Shown: piece by piece, positions 11,685 to 22,060 of the stretch
How the letters are laid out: every line of letters starts with the position of its first letter
How positions within the stretch are numbered: the first letter of the stretch is position 1
Source: Guillardia theta CCMP2712
Taxonomy: Eukaryota > Protista > Cryptophyta
Length of the DNA: 64,000 bases
Reading direction: 5' to 3'
NCBI RefSeq assembly: GCF_000315625.1
Contig: NW_005434542.1
Span: 120,087 to 184,086, forward strand
Translations under genes and position numbers: made by a program
The notes under the pieces: model-generated
The model's input: only the letters and a program-made list of their open reading frames with translations
What the model was told of the DNA's origin: nothing
Databases searched by the model: none

Positions 11685-12990
11685 TGGAAGATGAGGGCGC
11701 GCGATCGGTGAGCATGGAGAGTCCGAGCTCGAGTGAGTCCTACTTGACTGTCCTCAGGTCTTTGAGCTCTCCCAGTCGCAACTCCTCCAGCTGCGTCGGG
11801 CATGTGAGCAGGTTCTGCTATGGCGGGTGTGCCTGGCCGCTGAAGCTTCTTGCAGGGTCAGGCGCAGGCATGCTCGGCGTTCGGGGCCGGTCTAACAGCA
11901 GACGACAGCGTGAAAGGTTGTTCTCCCTGTGATCTGCGCTGTGAGCTAAGAGGAGCGAAGGCAAGCGAATCGCCAAGTTCCTCAAGAAAGGTCCCGCTAG
12001 CTCCTACCGCTGGGTAGACCTGAAGGCGTGCAGGCTGCCAGCTCGGAGATCCCAACGGCTGTTTCGCGCTCGCTGGATTGTGAGGGGAATACATACGTGA
12101 TAGGAGGAGCTGATGGGCATGCAGGCAGATGGAGAAGAGGGTTCCAGGGAACGAGGAAGCTGCTTTCCAAAACACGCTGACGTCATGTCGGATGGGCCTA
12201 GCAGAAGGTGAAGCAGCAGAGGAGGGGTGAGGGAGGAGGAGGAGGGTGATGGATGGGCAGGTTGCTGTCAGACTGGACTGATGCTCTTCTCTGGACTTGG
12301 TCTCTTGTCTGGTCGGTGAGGACCTGTGTGAAAGTTGCGGCAGGAACGAAGCAGAACATTCAATCGGGGCTGGGGGTTTTGATGCAAACTTGCGAGAAAG
12401 GAAACCACGGCAAGAGCTGCTTCGAGACAGGAAGGATCATAGCGTCTCTTGCTGATGCGGGTGCGCGGCATGACGCGATGGGGGGAGTTTGGGGGGAGGG
12501 GGGGCGGGAGCGAGCAGGGAGAGAGCGAGGAGAGGGAGAGTGAGGAGGGGCAGAGTTGGGAGGGAGAGCGCGAGCATTCGGAGAGGGAGGAGGGAGAGGG
12601 TGATCAAGGTAAGAGTGACACGAGGCAGGTGCCATCGACAAGGAGAAGATCAACGCCACTGAGAAGATCCGGACCTATCTCCGCAAGGTAGCGCCTCGAC
12701 CTCATTCCCGTGACTAAGGGCAACTCCAGGCCTGTGACTTCAAGTACCAAGAAGGCTGTGCGTCACTGCAGGCGAGGAGAGGGGGGAGAGGGGGCGGCAG
12801 GGCCGTTGCTGAAGCTCCTTGAAGGAATTTGAGAAGCAGTTCCCTCCATCCAGCGACGCGGTCCACGAGGTCGATCGGATCCTTGAGGCGGAGCGAGGTA
12901 GAGGCTCTTTGAATGCTCCCATCGCTCCTCCGATGTCATGACATGAGAGCAGGTGAGCAAGGAGGGCAGGAGGGCAAAGGTCAAGACTAG
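11685..12990 (+). CDS. Multi-exon protein with Sel1-like helical repeats; start uncertain
   Basis: Exons give GLGVLMQTCEKGNHGKSCFETGRI and KIRTYLRK-ACDFKYQEGCASL (paired-Cys Sel1-type pattern). Spliced stop TAG ends at 12990. Confidence 0.45.
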
Positions 12991-13113
12991 TCGACAACTC
13001 CTGATAGACTGCCCGGAAGAATTGAAAACGCGCGTTTGATGTTGTGTACTCTTTACCCCTGCCTGAAAGAGTCTCGCACTTTGCCAACACTACAAACACC
13101 GCCCTCAAACCTT

Positions 13114-16100
13114 CTAGATCAACCCAACTTGATTGTAGGAGGAGGACAGCGGGTTCCCGCCACTCTCTGAGTGGGCACCTACCTGGATGTTCCTCCGAGC
13201 CTTGAAGTAGTACAACTGTCCTGACCTAGAGCTCCTCAACTTGAGAAGCACGTTGCTCCAGAGGTCCCCACGGAGATGCATGTGCAGTCTACCCGGAGGA
13301 ACTCGATCTATCGGAACCCCATCGATCTCGCAAAGCTCGTCGCCCGTGTGTACCATCAGACTATCCGACAGCCCTTGGGAGTCCTGCAGCTCGTTGATGG
13401 CAATGACTGAGATCGGGAGTCAGAGGTCGGGCCCGAGCTCATGGCGGAGGGAGTGAGAGAGTACCTGGGAAGGGAGGCTGCTCGTCGAAGTAGAGGCCGA
13501 CGGTCCCTTCGATGTACCTGGACGTCATAGGAGAAGCTGCCGGCTTCTTGACGACGCCAGTCGAAGTGACGGTGTAACGGGAGCCCAGGTTTTCAAGCTG
13601 CAGCATCAGGGTCTGGTTGATGCCCTGCAGGCGAAGGATTTCTTTCTGCATCTGCAGGCATCAAGTCAGAGCAACCCAGGAGGCTCGTCGGCTCACGTTG
13701 TCTCTTTCGGCCCTGTCCTCTCGTGTTGGGGAGGACTGGTACTGCTGGAACCTCAGATCCAGGTTGTCGAAGGAGTCCCGCGACTTCCTCTGGTACTCCA
13801 TCAACTTTGTCCTGGCCTCTTGCAAGTCTTGTGTAACAGAAACAAGGGAAGACTGCGGCATCGGTCATGGAGGCAGCCTGACACGAGACTAGAGGGAAAG
13901 GCAGCACCTGAAGACGGTGGTTGTCGATCTTGAGGGACTGGGCCTCGTCCGAGGCGCTGCCTACATGTTCCAGCTGGTTTCTCAAGATCTGGTTTGTCCT
14001 CTCCAGCTCAGAGTTGGAGCGCTTGAGGTTCTCAACCTGGTTCAGGTCGACGTAGTCAGACATGCCCTTGTGCGCTGATGCCTCGTTGCGGCTGGTTGAG
14101 CTCTCGCTCTCGAGCCTCTCGATGATTTTGTACGCAAACTCCAGCTCTTCCTTCATCTTCTGCACCTCATTTAGCCTGTCGGCCCCCTCGCTCTGCCTCA
14201 GAGCCTGGTCTTCCTGCTCCTTGGATTCGTACTCCTTCAACCTCCTCCTCGCGCCTGACAACTCTTCATTCTGAGCCCTCAGGAGGTTCTTCATATCTTC
14301 TTTGTCCGATTGATTCTCCAGCTCGAACATCTTGATCTTCTCCTCCAGGTCATTCATGATGGCTGCCTTCTCCTGCAGCTGGTCTTGGAAGTACCTCCTC
14401 TCTTGCTCAAGGGTCGCTCGGTGGTCTTCTTGGATGTTTGACAACTGTGCCGCATACTCCCGCCTCATGCTTGCCATTTGCTCCTGGGCGTTTGCAAGGT
14501 CTTCCTTCAATGTCTTCAAGTCATCCTCCTTGTAGTCCTTCTGCAGGAGAAAGGTCACGAGTCAAGACAGTCAGCCGGCTATTCACCTTGGCCTTGTACT
14601 GGTTGAACTTGTGCACTCTCAGCGTGATCGTCGAACTGTCATCATTCTCGTTCTTCAAGAACTCGTCGGAGTTGATCTGAATCTTCTTCGTCAGCTCCTT
14701 CGTGTGCCCGAAGTCAGCCGAGTCCAGGTTGATGACCGTCGTGCCCAGCAGCTCTGCGGCAACCGAGGGCTTCCCGCTGTATGTCATGATGACGAGCTCG
14801 GTCGAGTCCTCGTTGAGCTCGCAGAGGAACTCCTCCTCGTAGTTGATCGTCTGTCCCGGCCTGCGGGAGGTATGGTGGACCTGATTCCTGCCATCCAAGC
14901 TGATCATGACGTATGTCTCCATGTCTTGGAAGGAGGACGGAAGGCACTCGAGCGACATGACCTTCACTTGGATGCAGTCGCCCCGTCGGAACTTGAGCCT
15001 CTTCTCGTTCTGTTTGTACTGCACGATATCTCTTTCAAGGGCTTCAATCTGCTTCTGTTGATGCTGCAGATTGTCGTTGTGCGCCTGAAGCATCGTTGAC
15101 AAAGATCGTACTTCCTCATCTGACGGCAAAGGTCAGCCGTCGAGACAAGGACACGCCTCCATCCAGACTTACTGCTCCTTTGCTTCTCAGCTTCAAGAGT
15201 TGATATCCTCGACAAACTTTGGGATTCGTTCTCGACATGTTTGGATCGCAGCTCGAAGATCTCATCGCGGAGCTTGTCGCACTGCACGGACAACAAGCAA
15301 CACTCAGAGGGTATGGCGAACATGACTTCCACCTCACCTCCTCGAACTTCACGTCGAGGTTGTTCTTGAGTTTCAGCGCGTGCTCCTCAGCATGCCTCAA
15401 GACGTCTTTGAGTTGTTCGAGCTCATCCACTCTAGACTGCAGTTGAACTGTCAGATTCTTCTTCTCTTTGTCCAGGACCTGAAGCCGAGCCTGCAATTCC
15501 CTCACGTCAAACTCGAGCTGCAGATTCTTCTCGTAGCTCTGCGCAAGCTCGTTTGTCTTTTCCGCCAGTTCAGTATTGTCCCTGTCCTCAGTGCGATTAT
15601 GAAGGTCGGACTTCAGCCGCCGAACCTCCTGCTCGGAAGCTATCAGCTGACTCTCGGTGATGCTGAGCTTCGTCGTAACGGAGTCGAACTGCTCGAGATC
15701 CGCCTTCCGACCCTCGAGGTGGTCAATCTGGGAGTAGGCATGGCCCAGCAGGAACCTCAGCTCGGCGTAAAGGTTCTGGAAGAAGGTCTGCAGCTTCGCT
15801 TCCTTGGCGTACTGCGCCTTGAGCATGTTTGACACGGCATCAATGATCTTTTGTGGCAAAGGCCCTGATTGAGATTCGAGCTGAGAATCTTCAGAGGCTC
15901 TGGGCGCTTCTTCGTACTCGTCCTTGAGACGAGAAAGTAGGTCATAGAGTCGGGCAACCTCTTCAACCTGCTTTCTGGGCAAGCAGCACAGCTCCACCTC
16001 AACAATCTCGTGAGTGATGACCTTCCTGACTGTGAGATTGATCGTTTGAGATTCACAAGACAGAATCAAAGTCGAGATCGTCTCGTGATTTGCAGACAGC

Positions 16101-16590
16101 GAGTTGACGGCAATGATCTCGTCTCCCTTTTGAAGCTTCTCGCAAAAGAATGCAGGGCTGCCGGGCACAAGGATGTCTGTAAGGGCAGACAAGTGAGCCA
16201 TCAAAACTTGGAGCACTTGTCTGCATACCGATGAAGCAGCCGTAAAGACCGATCCCAATAGACTTGGCATAGCGAGGAGTGAAAAAGTCATCGTCTTCTT
16301 GCTCACGAAAACGATCTTGCCAGTAGACGGGGAACCTCTGCATGTTCGTACGATTTTCTATGTTTCACAGACAACCAGGTCAATCTCCTGACAGGGTACA
16401 CGAGCTGTCGCTCACCTTTCACCGAGGATTCATAGCTCATGGTGCTCTACATGGCAGCCACGGTCAGCAGAGTTACAAGGTTAGCATGAACAAGGACCTC
16501 TCCCCGCGGGAATCCATTCTCCATGCTCGCGCGCGAGTTCCTCGAGATGAGGGAACCGTTCATCGGAGACAACTCCGAGAGCAGGCTCAT
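13114..16590 (-). CDS. Large multi-exon PDZ - coiled coil - C2 - coiled coil - PDZ protein; start approximate
   Basis: PDZ: PGSPAFFCEKLQKGDEIIAVN. C2: IQVKVMSLECLP...TYVMISL...INYEEEF...ELLGTTVINL. C-terminal PDZ: VGLYFD...GDELCEIDGVPI...LRGDLWSNVLLKLR. E/K/L/Q-rich linkers. Confidence 0.75.
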
Positions 16591-18509
16591 GGCCTGTTAC
16601 AAAGACGATCAAGGGATGCAGTGCAGGCATGCATGCTCGCAAGCTCATGATTCATGGTCACAAGCTGTGAAGTCGAAAGGGCGTTTCAGCGTCAATGTGT
16701 GGAAAACAAGGAGCAAGGTGTCCGAGAGGGGTGAGCAACAAACATCAGAACAGGAGAGGGGATGAGACGACCTTTAGCTGTATAGCAAGAGGGAAGAAGT
16801 CAGCTAGCAGAGGGGAAAATGTGGAATGAGGTGTTAGATCATGCTATGGTTGAAAGAGCAGCTGCAGCTACTGGGGCAGACAAGGATCCGTCGAGGTCAG
16901 AGTCATCGGGATTGCCAGCATATAACTGTGATGGGCGTCAAGGATGAGAGGAAGTAAGGGACTTTGATGAAGATTCGGCGAATGGTCAGGAGACAGAAAT
17001 ATGAAGGTCTCTTGTTCGGAGAGAGGATTGCAAGGCATGAAGATCAGATCAGCCTGTCTCCGTAGAGAGCAGGTTCAAGACAGAGTGAAAATAAAGGGAG
17101 AACCCCGGCCTAATCGGGGGAGAAGAGGAAGAGAGGAGCAAGGAGTAGCAACTGGACGGGGGTGTCAAGACGAGAGGTTCTAAGACAGAGCACACGGAGG
17201 TAGGGGGAGAGAGATGGGCGAGGACTGGAGCTGGAAAGACTGAGCGTGGAACGAGTACGAGAGAGGACGGAGAGGAGAGCAGGCGCGAGAGGAGAGGGAG
17301 AGGAGAGGGAGAGGGAGGGCCATGCAGTGAAGCGGCATAGGGGAATGAGATCTTGCAGCCCAGAGGAAGGAGCTACCGGTGATAGACAGATCCGTACGAT
17401 TCCGAGAGGGGGGTAGTGGTGGTACCATCTTCGTACCAGGGGTGGTAAGACTTATATCCGGGGATAGCAGGGGTTCAAAACGAGTACCCCACCCCCTAGT
17501 GATAAGCAGCCACCCCCTACAAAGTTACCCAGGGTGAGATACTCCGAGGCTCCGGGGCAAGGGTACCTTCGGGTATGCCAAGTTGGTGGGCCAGGGCCAG
17601 GACGGGTGAGCCGGGTGGCTGCATTTCGGCCTGCAAGAGGCAGCCCCCCATAGTCTGAACATTTCCCTCTTGTCGCACTAATGCAATTGCGGTAACCCCC
17701 TACAATAGTCATCATGCCGCCCCACCGTGACCCCTTTGTCTTCACAGCAGCCAAGTTGCTGTGGCTCGTATCATGATACGATATGAACCTACTACCCACC
17801 CCCTGGGACTCACTGGGAGCCGGCCTACAGTACACCGGTGGTACCCCTCGGGGGCGGGTACTACGGTACCTTAACTTAACATTGAGTAAAAGGCACCTCG
17901 AGCTCCAAGCAAAGTTAAGCTACCACCTTTGGCAGTGACCCGGAAAATACCCCACCCCTCTATCGCTGAGTACCAATAGCCTGATATCATACCACCGGTC
18001 AGGTCCCAGTTCCGGTGGCACTCAGCCGACGGTCAACCACCCCTGGCCCATCAAGCACTGAGTTGGTTTTGCGCCCCTTGGCGTTGAGCCGCTCAGGCTA
18101 CTGAGGCCCAACATGACCCCCTGCGGTAAACCGGAAGTTCCGGCCGCTGAAACAGACTCTCCGTCCCGGCCCGGGCCCTTTTACACTCAACATCGGAAGT
18201 AACTCCGGCGCTGCCGCTCGGCCCGGCGGAAGGGCCGCCCGCCGCGGGGGCCCCCCAGGCTATGACTGATCACCCGGCGGACGGCCCTCCGAGGCCGCTC
18301 CGATCACGCGGCGGCCCGGCGGGCTGGCCGGAGCGGCTCAGGCGGGGCCGCGCCGGGCAGGCTACGGCGCCGGGCCCCAGCCTCTCGGAGGCGGCGCGGC
18401 CGCACACGGCCGGGCGCCGTTGCCCCGGCCATCAGGATCGGACTCCGGGATGGTCACCAGGCTCAGTGCCACGCCGGTCAAAGCTGACTGGGACTCTGAT
18501 GAGGACTCC

Positions 18510-18915
18510 GGAATGAGGAGCGGGAGCGTGACGGCTGTACTGCGGGCAGAGATCATGATATGCATGGATGCAGAAGCCTGTAGTGTAATAAAGGACGTGG
18601 TTGAATCCATTTCTGCGACAAGACGAACTCGGAAACTACTAAGAACCTTTCAAAGTTTTATAGCAGTTTGACTACTAGGGCTGCCATGACGGCACCTTGC
18701 TGAAGCTCTGCGGCAGCCCGCCGACCTGCGGCACTCAGTCTGGCGAGCCACGCCTTGTGCCTCGGAGAGTTTCACGATGCCCCGATACTATGATAGGCGA
18801 TGATGGTGAGCCAGACGGAGCGTTCTTGTCAGCGCTCTGCAACCGTTGCCGCCGGGTCACTAGCGGGTTGGTCCCTGCCCGCAGTACAGCCCGTCACGCT
18901 CCCGCTCCTCATTCC
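18510..18915. repeat. 40-bp inverted repeats (18510-18549 / 18875-18915) bracketing a segment that is an inverted copy of 20420-20665
   Basis: GGAATGAGGAGCGGGAGCGTGACGGCTGTACTGCGGGCAG versus its reverse complement with a 1-nt indel. 18550-18712 is the approximate reverse complement of 20470-20620. Confidence 0.85.
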
Positions 18916-18972
18916 TCATCCCAGCTTTGTGGGCTGCAACTGCTCCGAGGTGCCTTGGAACCGCTGAGCCTA

Positions 18973-19848
18973 CTACATCATCCCTAGCAAACACAACTCT
19001 TGAACCCTTTCCCTGAACAATGGGCTCCTTACCAAATAGCACATCCCCATCTGAGAATTCACTTTCTCGTCATCGCTTGCCCCACCGTCCTTGTTCAGGT
19101 AGCCGCCAATTCTTTCCGGGCTGTACAACTCTTCAAAAAAACCCAAATACTCTTCGGCGCGTTTCCCCTTGCCGTAAAAGGATGCAGCAGATACTATGAT
19201 CATGTCTAGATAAGGCATGCATGCCTGTTGAGCCTTTTTCATGTGGAGCCGCATAGCCCGCTCATCCTCGATCTCCTCAATATTGGTGGGGTTGCAATCT
19301 GACGGCAGCTGTAGCTCCGCCTTCACCTCCTTCCATACAGTCTCGAATGTAGGACTTGGCTTCGGAACCGGATCCAACTGGTGGAGACCCTGACCAACCT
19401 CGTTCAAGAACCTTTCTACGTCTGGCTCTCCCTCCCGCTCGCTCCCCTTTGGATAGAAGCAGTTCGCTCTTCTCGCCTGATATTGCAGGTTTGCGTACGC
19501 TGGTCCGGATAGCTCTACCTCGACCATTCGATTCTTCTTTCTGTTTCTGCGTTTCTTCTTGCCTGCAGGCTTAGGCTGTGGTTCAGCTTGCTCACACACA
19601 GTCTCTCCTGCTGTCTCCTCCACAGCCTCTTCCCCTGCTGTCTCCTCCACAGCCTCTTCCCCTGCTGTCTCCTCCACAGCCTCTTCCCCTGCTGTCTCCT
19701 CCACAGCCTCTTCCCCTGCTGTCTCCTCCACAGCCTCTTCCCCTCTGTCAAGGAAAGAGAAGCTGGGGGGTGGCAAGGGGGGGGCAGAAGGGAAGATGAG
19801 GAGAGAGTAAAGTGAGGAGGAAGCGTCTTGCGCAGCAACAGCAGCCAT
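18973..19848 (-). CDS. Hypothetical protein, tandem paralog copy 1, with 5x EEAVEETAG and a basic NLS-like patch
   Basis: 291-aa ORF, 27-bp tandem repeat, KKKRRNRKK. Core YANLQYQA..NCFYPKGSEREGEPDV.RFLN is shared with copy 2. The 5' part may be intronic. Confidence 0.55.
   Translation of the reverse strand: MAAVAAQDASSSLYSLLIFPSAPPLPPPSFSFLDRGEEAVEETAGEEAVEETAGEEAVEETAGEEAVEETAGEEAVEETAGETVCEQAEPQPKPAGKKKRRNRKKNRMVEVELSGPAYANLQYQARRANCFYPKGSEREGEPDVERFLNEVGQGLHQLDPVPKPSPTFETVWKEVKAELQLPSDCNPTNIEEIEDERAMRLHMKKAQQACMPYLDMIIVSAASFYGKGKRAEEYLGFFEELYSPERIGGYLNKDGGASDDEKVNSQMGMCYLVRSPLFRERVQELCLLGMM
19606..19742. repeat. 27-bp minisatellite x5 (x3 in the paralog at about 21111-21193)
   Basis: Unit CCTGCTGTCTCCTCCACAGCCTCTTCC. 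Confidence 0.9.
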
Positions 19849-20690
19849 TCCTGGATTCCTGGGTCAGTACCCCTGTGGGCATCCCTAGACGGAGGGAGGG
19901 AAAGGACCGGGTGGGACGAGTCATCTTGGTACAAACATTCAAAAGCTGATTTGAGTAAGATTTGAATGTGAATTGGCGGCAAACCGCTGATCCACGGACT
20001 GAGGCTGGCCGGGCGGCCGGCGGGCCGGCTGCCAGGCCGGGGCGAGTCCCGGTCCGACGATCACTCGGGGGCCGGGGACTCCGACGGCACTGGGCCCCCC
20101 GGCGGCATCATCATCCGGCGCGGCCGGGCCGCCCGGCAGGCCCACTGCCAGTGACTGCTGGTGACCGTGCCAGTACGGTCTGAAAGGTCTCGTGCAGTGC
20201 CCGCGACGTTAGACCAGGGTACTGATGGCAGCCCGGCTGCGTTGCCGTTCCCTCATAATCAGAGTCCCGGCCGTTCATGGCAAGCCTTGAAGGCGGAATT
20301 AAGGCCGCCCGGGACATCAGTGCCATGATCGGATCATGGCTTCGGCCCCCCGTCAGTCCTGCCGCTGCAGTGCGGCTGAGAAACAGCCCCGGGCTCAGCT
20401 TCTGCCGAGGGGATGTATCAGCCACCCGGCGGCAACGGTGGCAGAGCGCTGACCGTTGAAGAATCTCCGTCAGCAAGGCGCCGTCATGGCAGCCCTAGTA
20501 GTCAAAGCCTATAAAACTTTGAAAGGTTCTCAGTAGTTTCCGAGTTCGTCTTGTCGCAGAAGTGGATTCAACCACGTCCTTTATTACACAACAGGCTTCT
20601 GCATCCATGCATATCACGATCCCTCAGTGCCCACAGTACAGCCGTTACGCTCCCGCTCCTCATTCCTCATCCCAGCTTTGTTGGTTGCAA

Positions 20691-21299
20691 CTACTCCGAG
20701 AGGTTCTGCTGAGTCTCTCGTATAGTTTCTGCCAAAAACATCGCGTGAAATCTTTCCCTAACCCCTGGGATCTTTGCAAGACGCATCAGAGTTTTCTGTT
20801 GATCTTCCTCGTCGACTTCATCGCTTGCCCCACCGTTCTGGTTGGCACCTCTGTGTTCCATCAATATGGCTTGAAACACTCGGTTCGCCCTCCTACCAAT
20901 GTCGTTCAAGAACCTTCCTACGTCTGGCTCTCCCTCCCGCTCGCTCCCCTTTGGATAGAAGCAGTTCAATCTGCTCGCCTGATATTGCAGGTTTGCGTAC
21001 GCTTGTCCGGATATCGGAACCTCGACCATCCCATCCTTCGTTGTTTTGTAACCGGGTTTGTGCTCGCCTGCAGGCTTAGGCTGTGGTTCAGCTTGCTCGC
21101 ACACAGTCTCTCCTGCTGTCTCCTCCACAGCCTCTTCCCCTGCTGTCTCCTCCACAGCCTCTTCCCCTGCTGTCTCCTCCACAGCCTCTTCCCCTCTGTC
21201 AAGGAAAGAGAAGCTGGGGGGTGGCAAGGGGGGGGCAGAAGGGAAGATGAGGAGAGAGTAAAGTGAGGAGGAAGCGTCTTGCGCAGCAACAGCAGCCAT
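20691..21299 (-). CDS. Hypothetical protein, tandem paralog copy 2, with 3x EEAVEETAG
   Basis: 202-aa ORF. The 5' half is nearly identical to copy 1; the C-terminal half is diverged and shorter. Confidence 0.55.
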   Translation of the reverse strand: MAAVAAQDASSSLYSLLIFPSAPPLPPPSFSFLDRGEEAVEETAGEEAVEETAGEEAVEETAGETVCEQAEPQPKPAGEHKPGYKTTKDGMVEVPISGQAYANLQYQASRLNCFYPKGSEREGEPDVGRFLNDIGRRANRVFQAILMEHRGANQNGGASDEVDEEDQQKTLMRLAKIPGVRERFHAMFLAETIRETQQNLSE

Positions 21300-22060
21300 T
21301 CCTGGATTCCTGGGTCAGTACCCCTGCGGGCATCCCTAGACGGAGGGAGGGAAAGGACCGGGTGGGACGAGGCATCTTGGTACAAACATTCAAAACTGAT
21401 CAGATCAAAGTTTGGCGGCAATCTTTTTTACTACAGCCCTTCAACCCTGCCTTCAACCGTTTCAACCCGGTTGCTTTATTAGTCACGGTGCTGTATCGGA
21501 GGGTCATGGCACGAAGCCGCTTTGTGACGCCGGCCCGGCCGTTGCCCGGTGCAGTGCCTCACTGAAGACACCGTGGCAGGCCCTACTCGGCGGCGTGGCC
21601 CAGTGGCCGCCGTGCCGGGCTGGCCGGCCAGGGCCGTGACTCGGACTCGAGACGTCCGTGACGGTACGGTCGCCGGAACAGCGGCCGCACGGTGCTTCGG
21701 ACGGAAATCAGTGACTGTGATCGGAGTCGACGCCGCCTATGCCGGGCCGCCGGGCGGCCCGGCTCAGCGGCTGCTGCCGGTCCGCCTCAGTACACCCTCA
21801 GTCGTGGACTCCGAGTTACGCCGCCTGCAATTTATGGGGCGCACTGGCCAACATGCAAGGGAAGCTAGGGAAGGGAGGTCAGGAGAAGAAGCCATGAGCA
21901 GAGCTGAGGAGAGTAGAGTAGCATGTTAACAAGAGTAGAAGGAGGACCAGAGAAGAGGACAGAGGGAGGACAGTGCCAGCGACGGAGGGGAATCAGGAAC
22001 AGCAGCAGGTACATGTGCTTGCGAGGGTAGTGGAAGGAGAGTGAAAGAGAGAAGACTAGG

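Noticed and set aside
19606-19742. CRISPR-like look of the 27-bp repeats (and of the 25-bp repeats at 52493)
   Set aside because: Head-to-tail units with no unique spacers, no cas genes, eukaryotic context.
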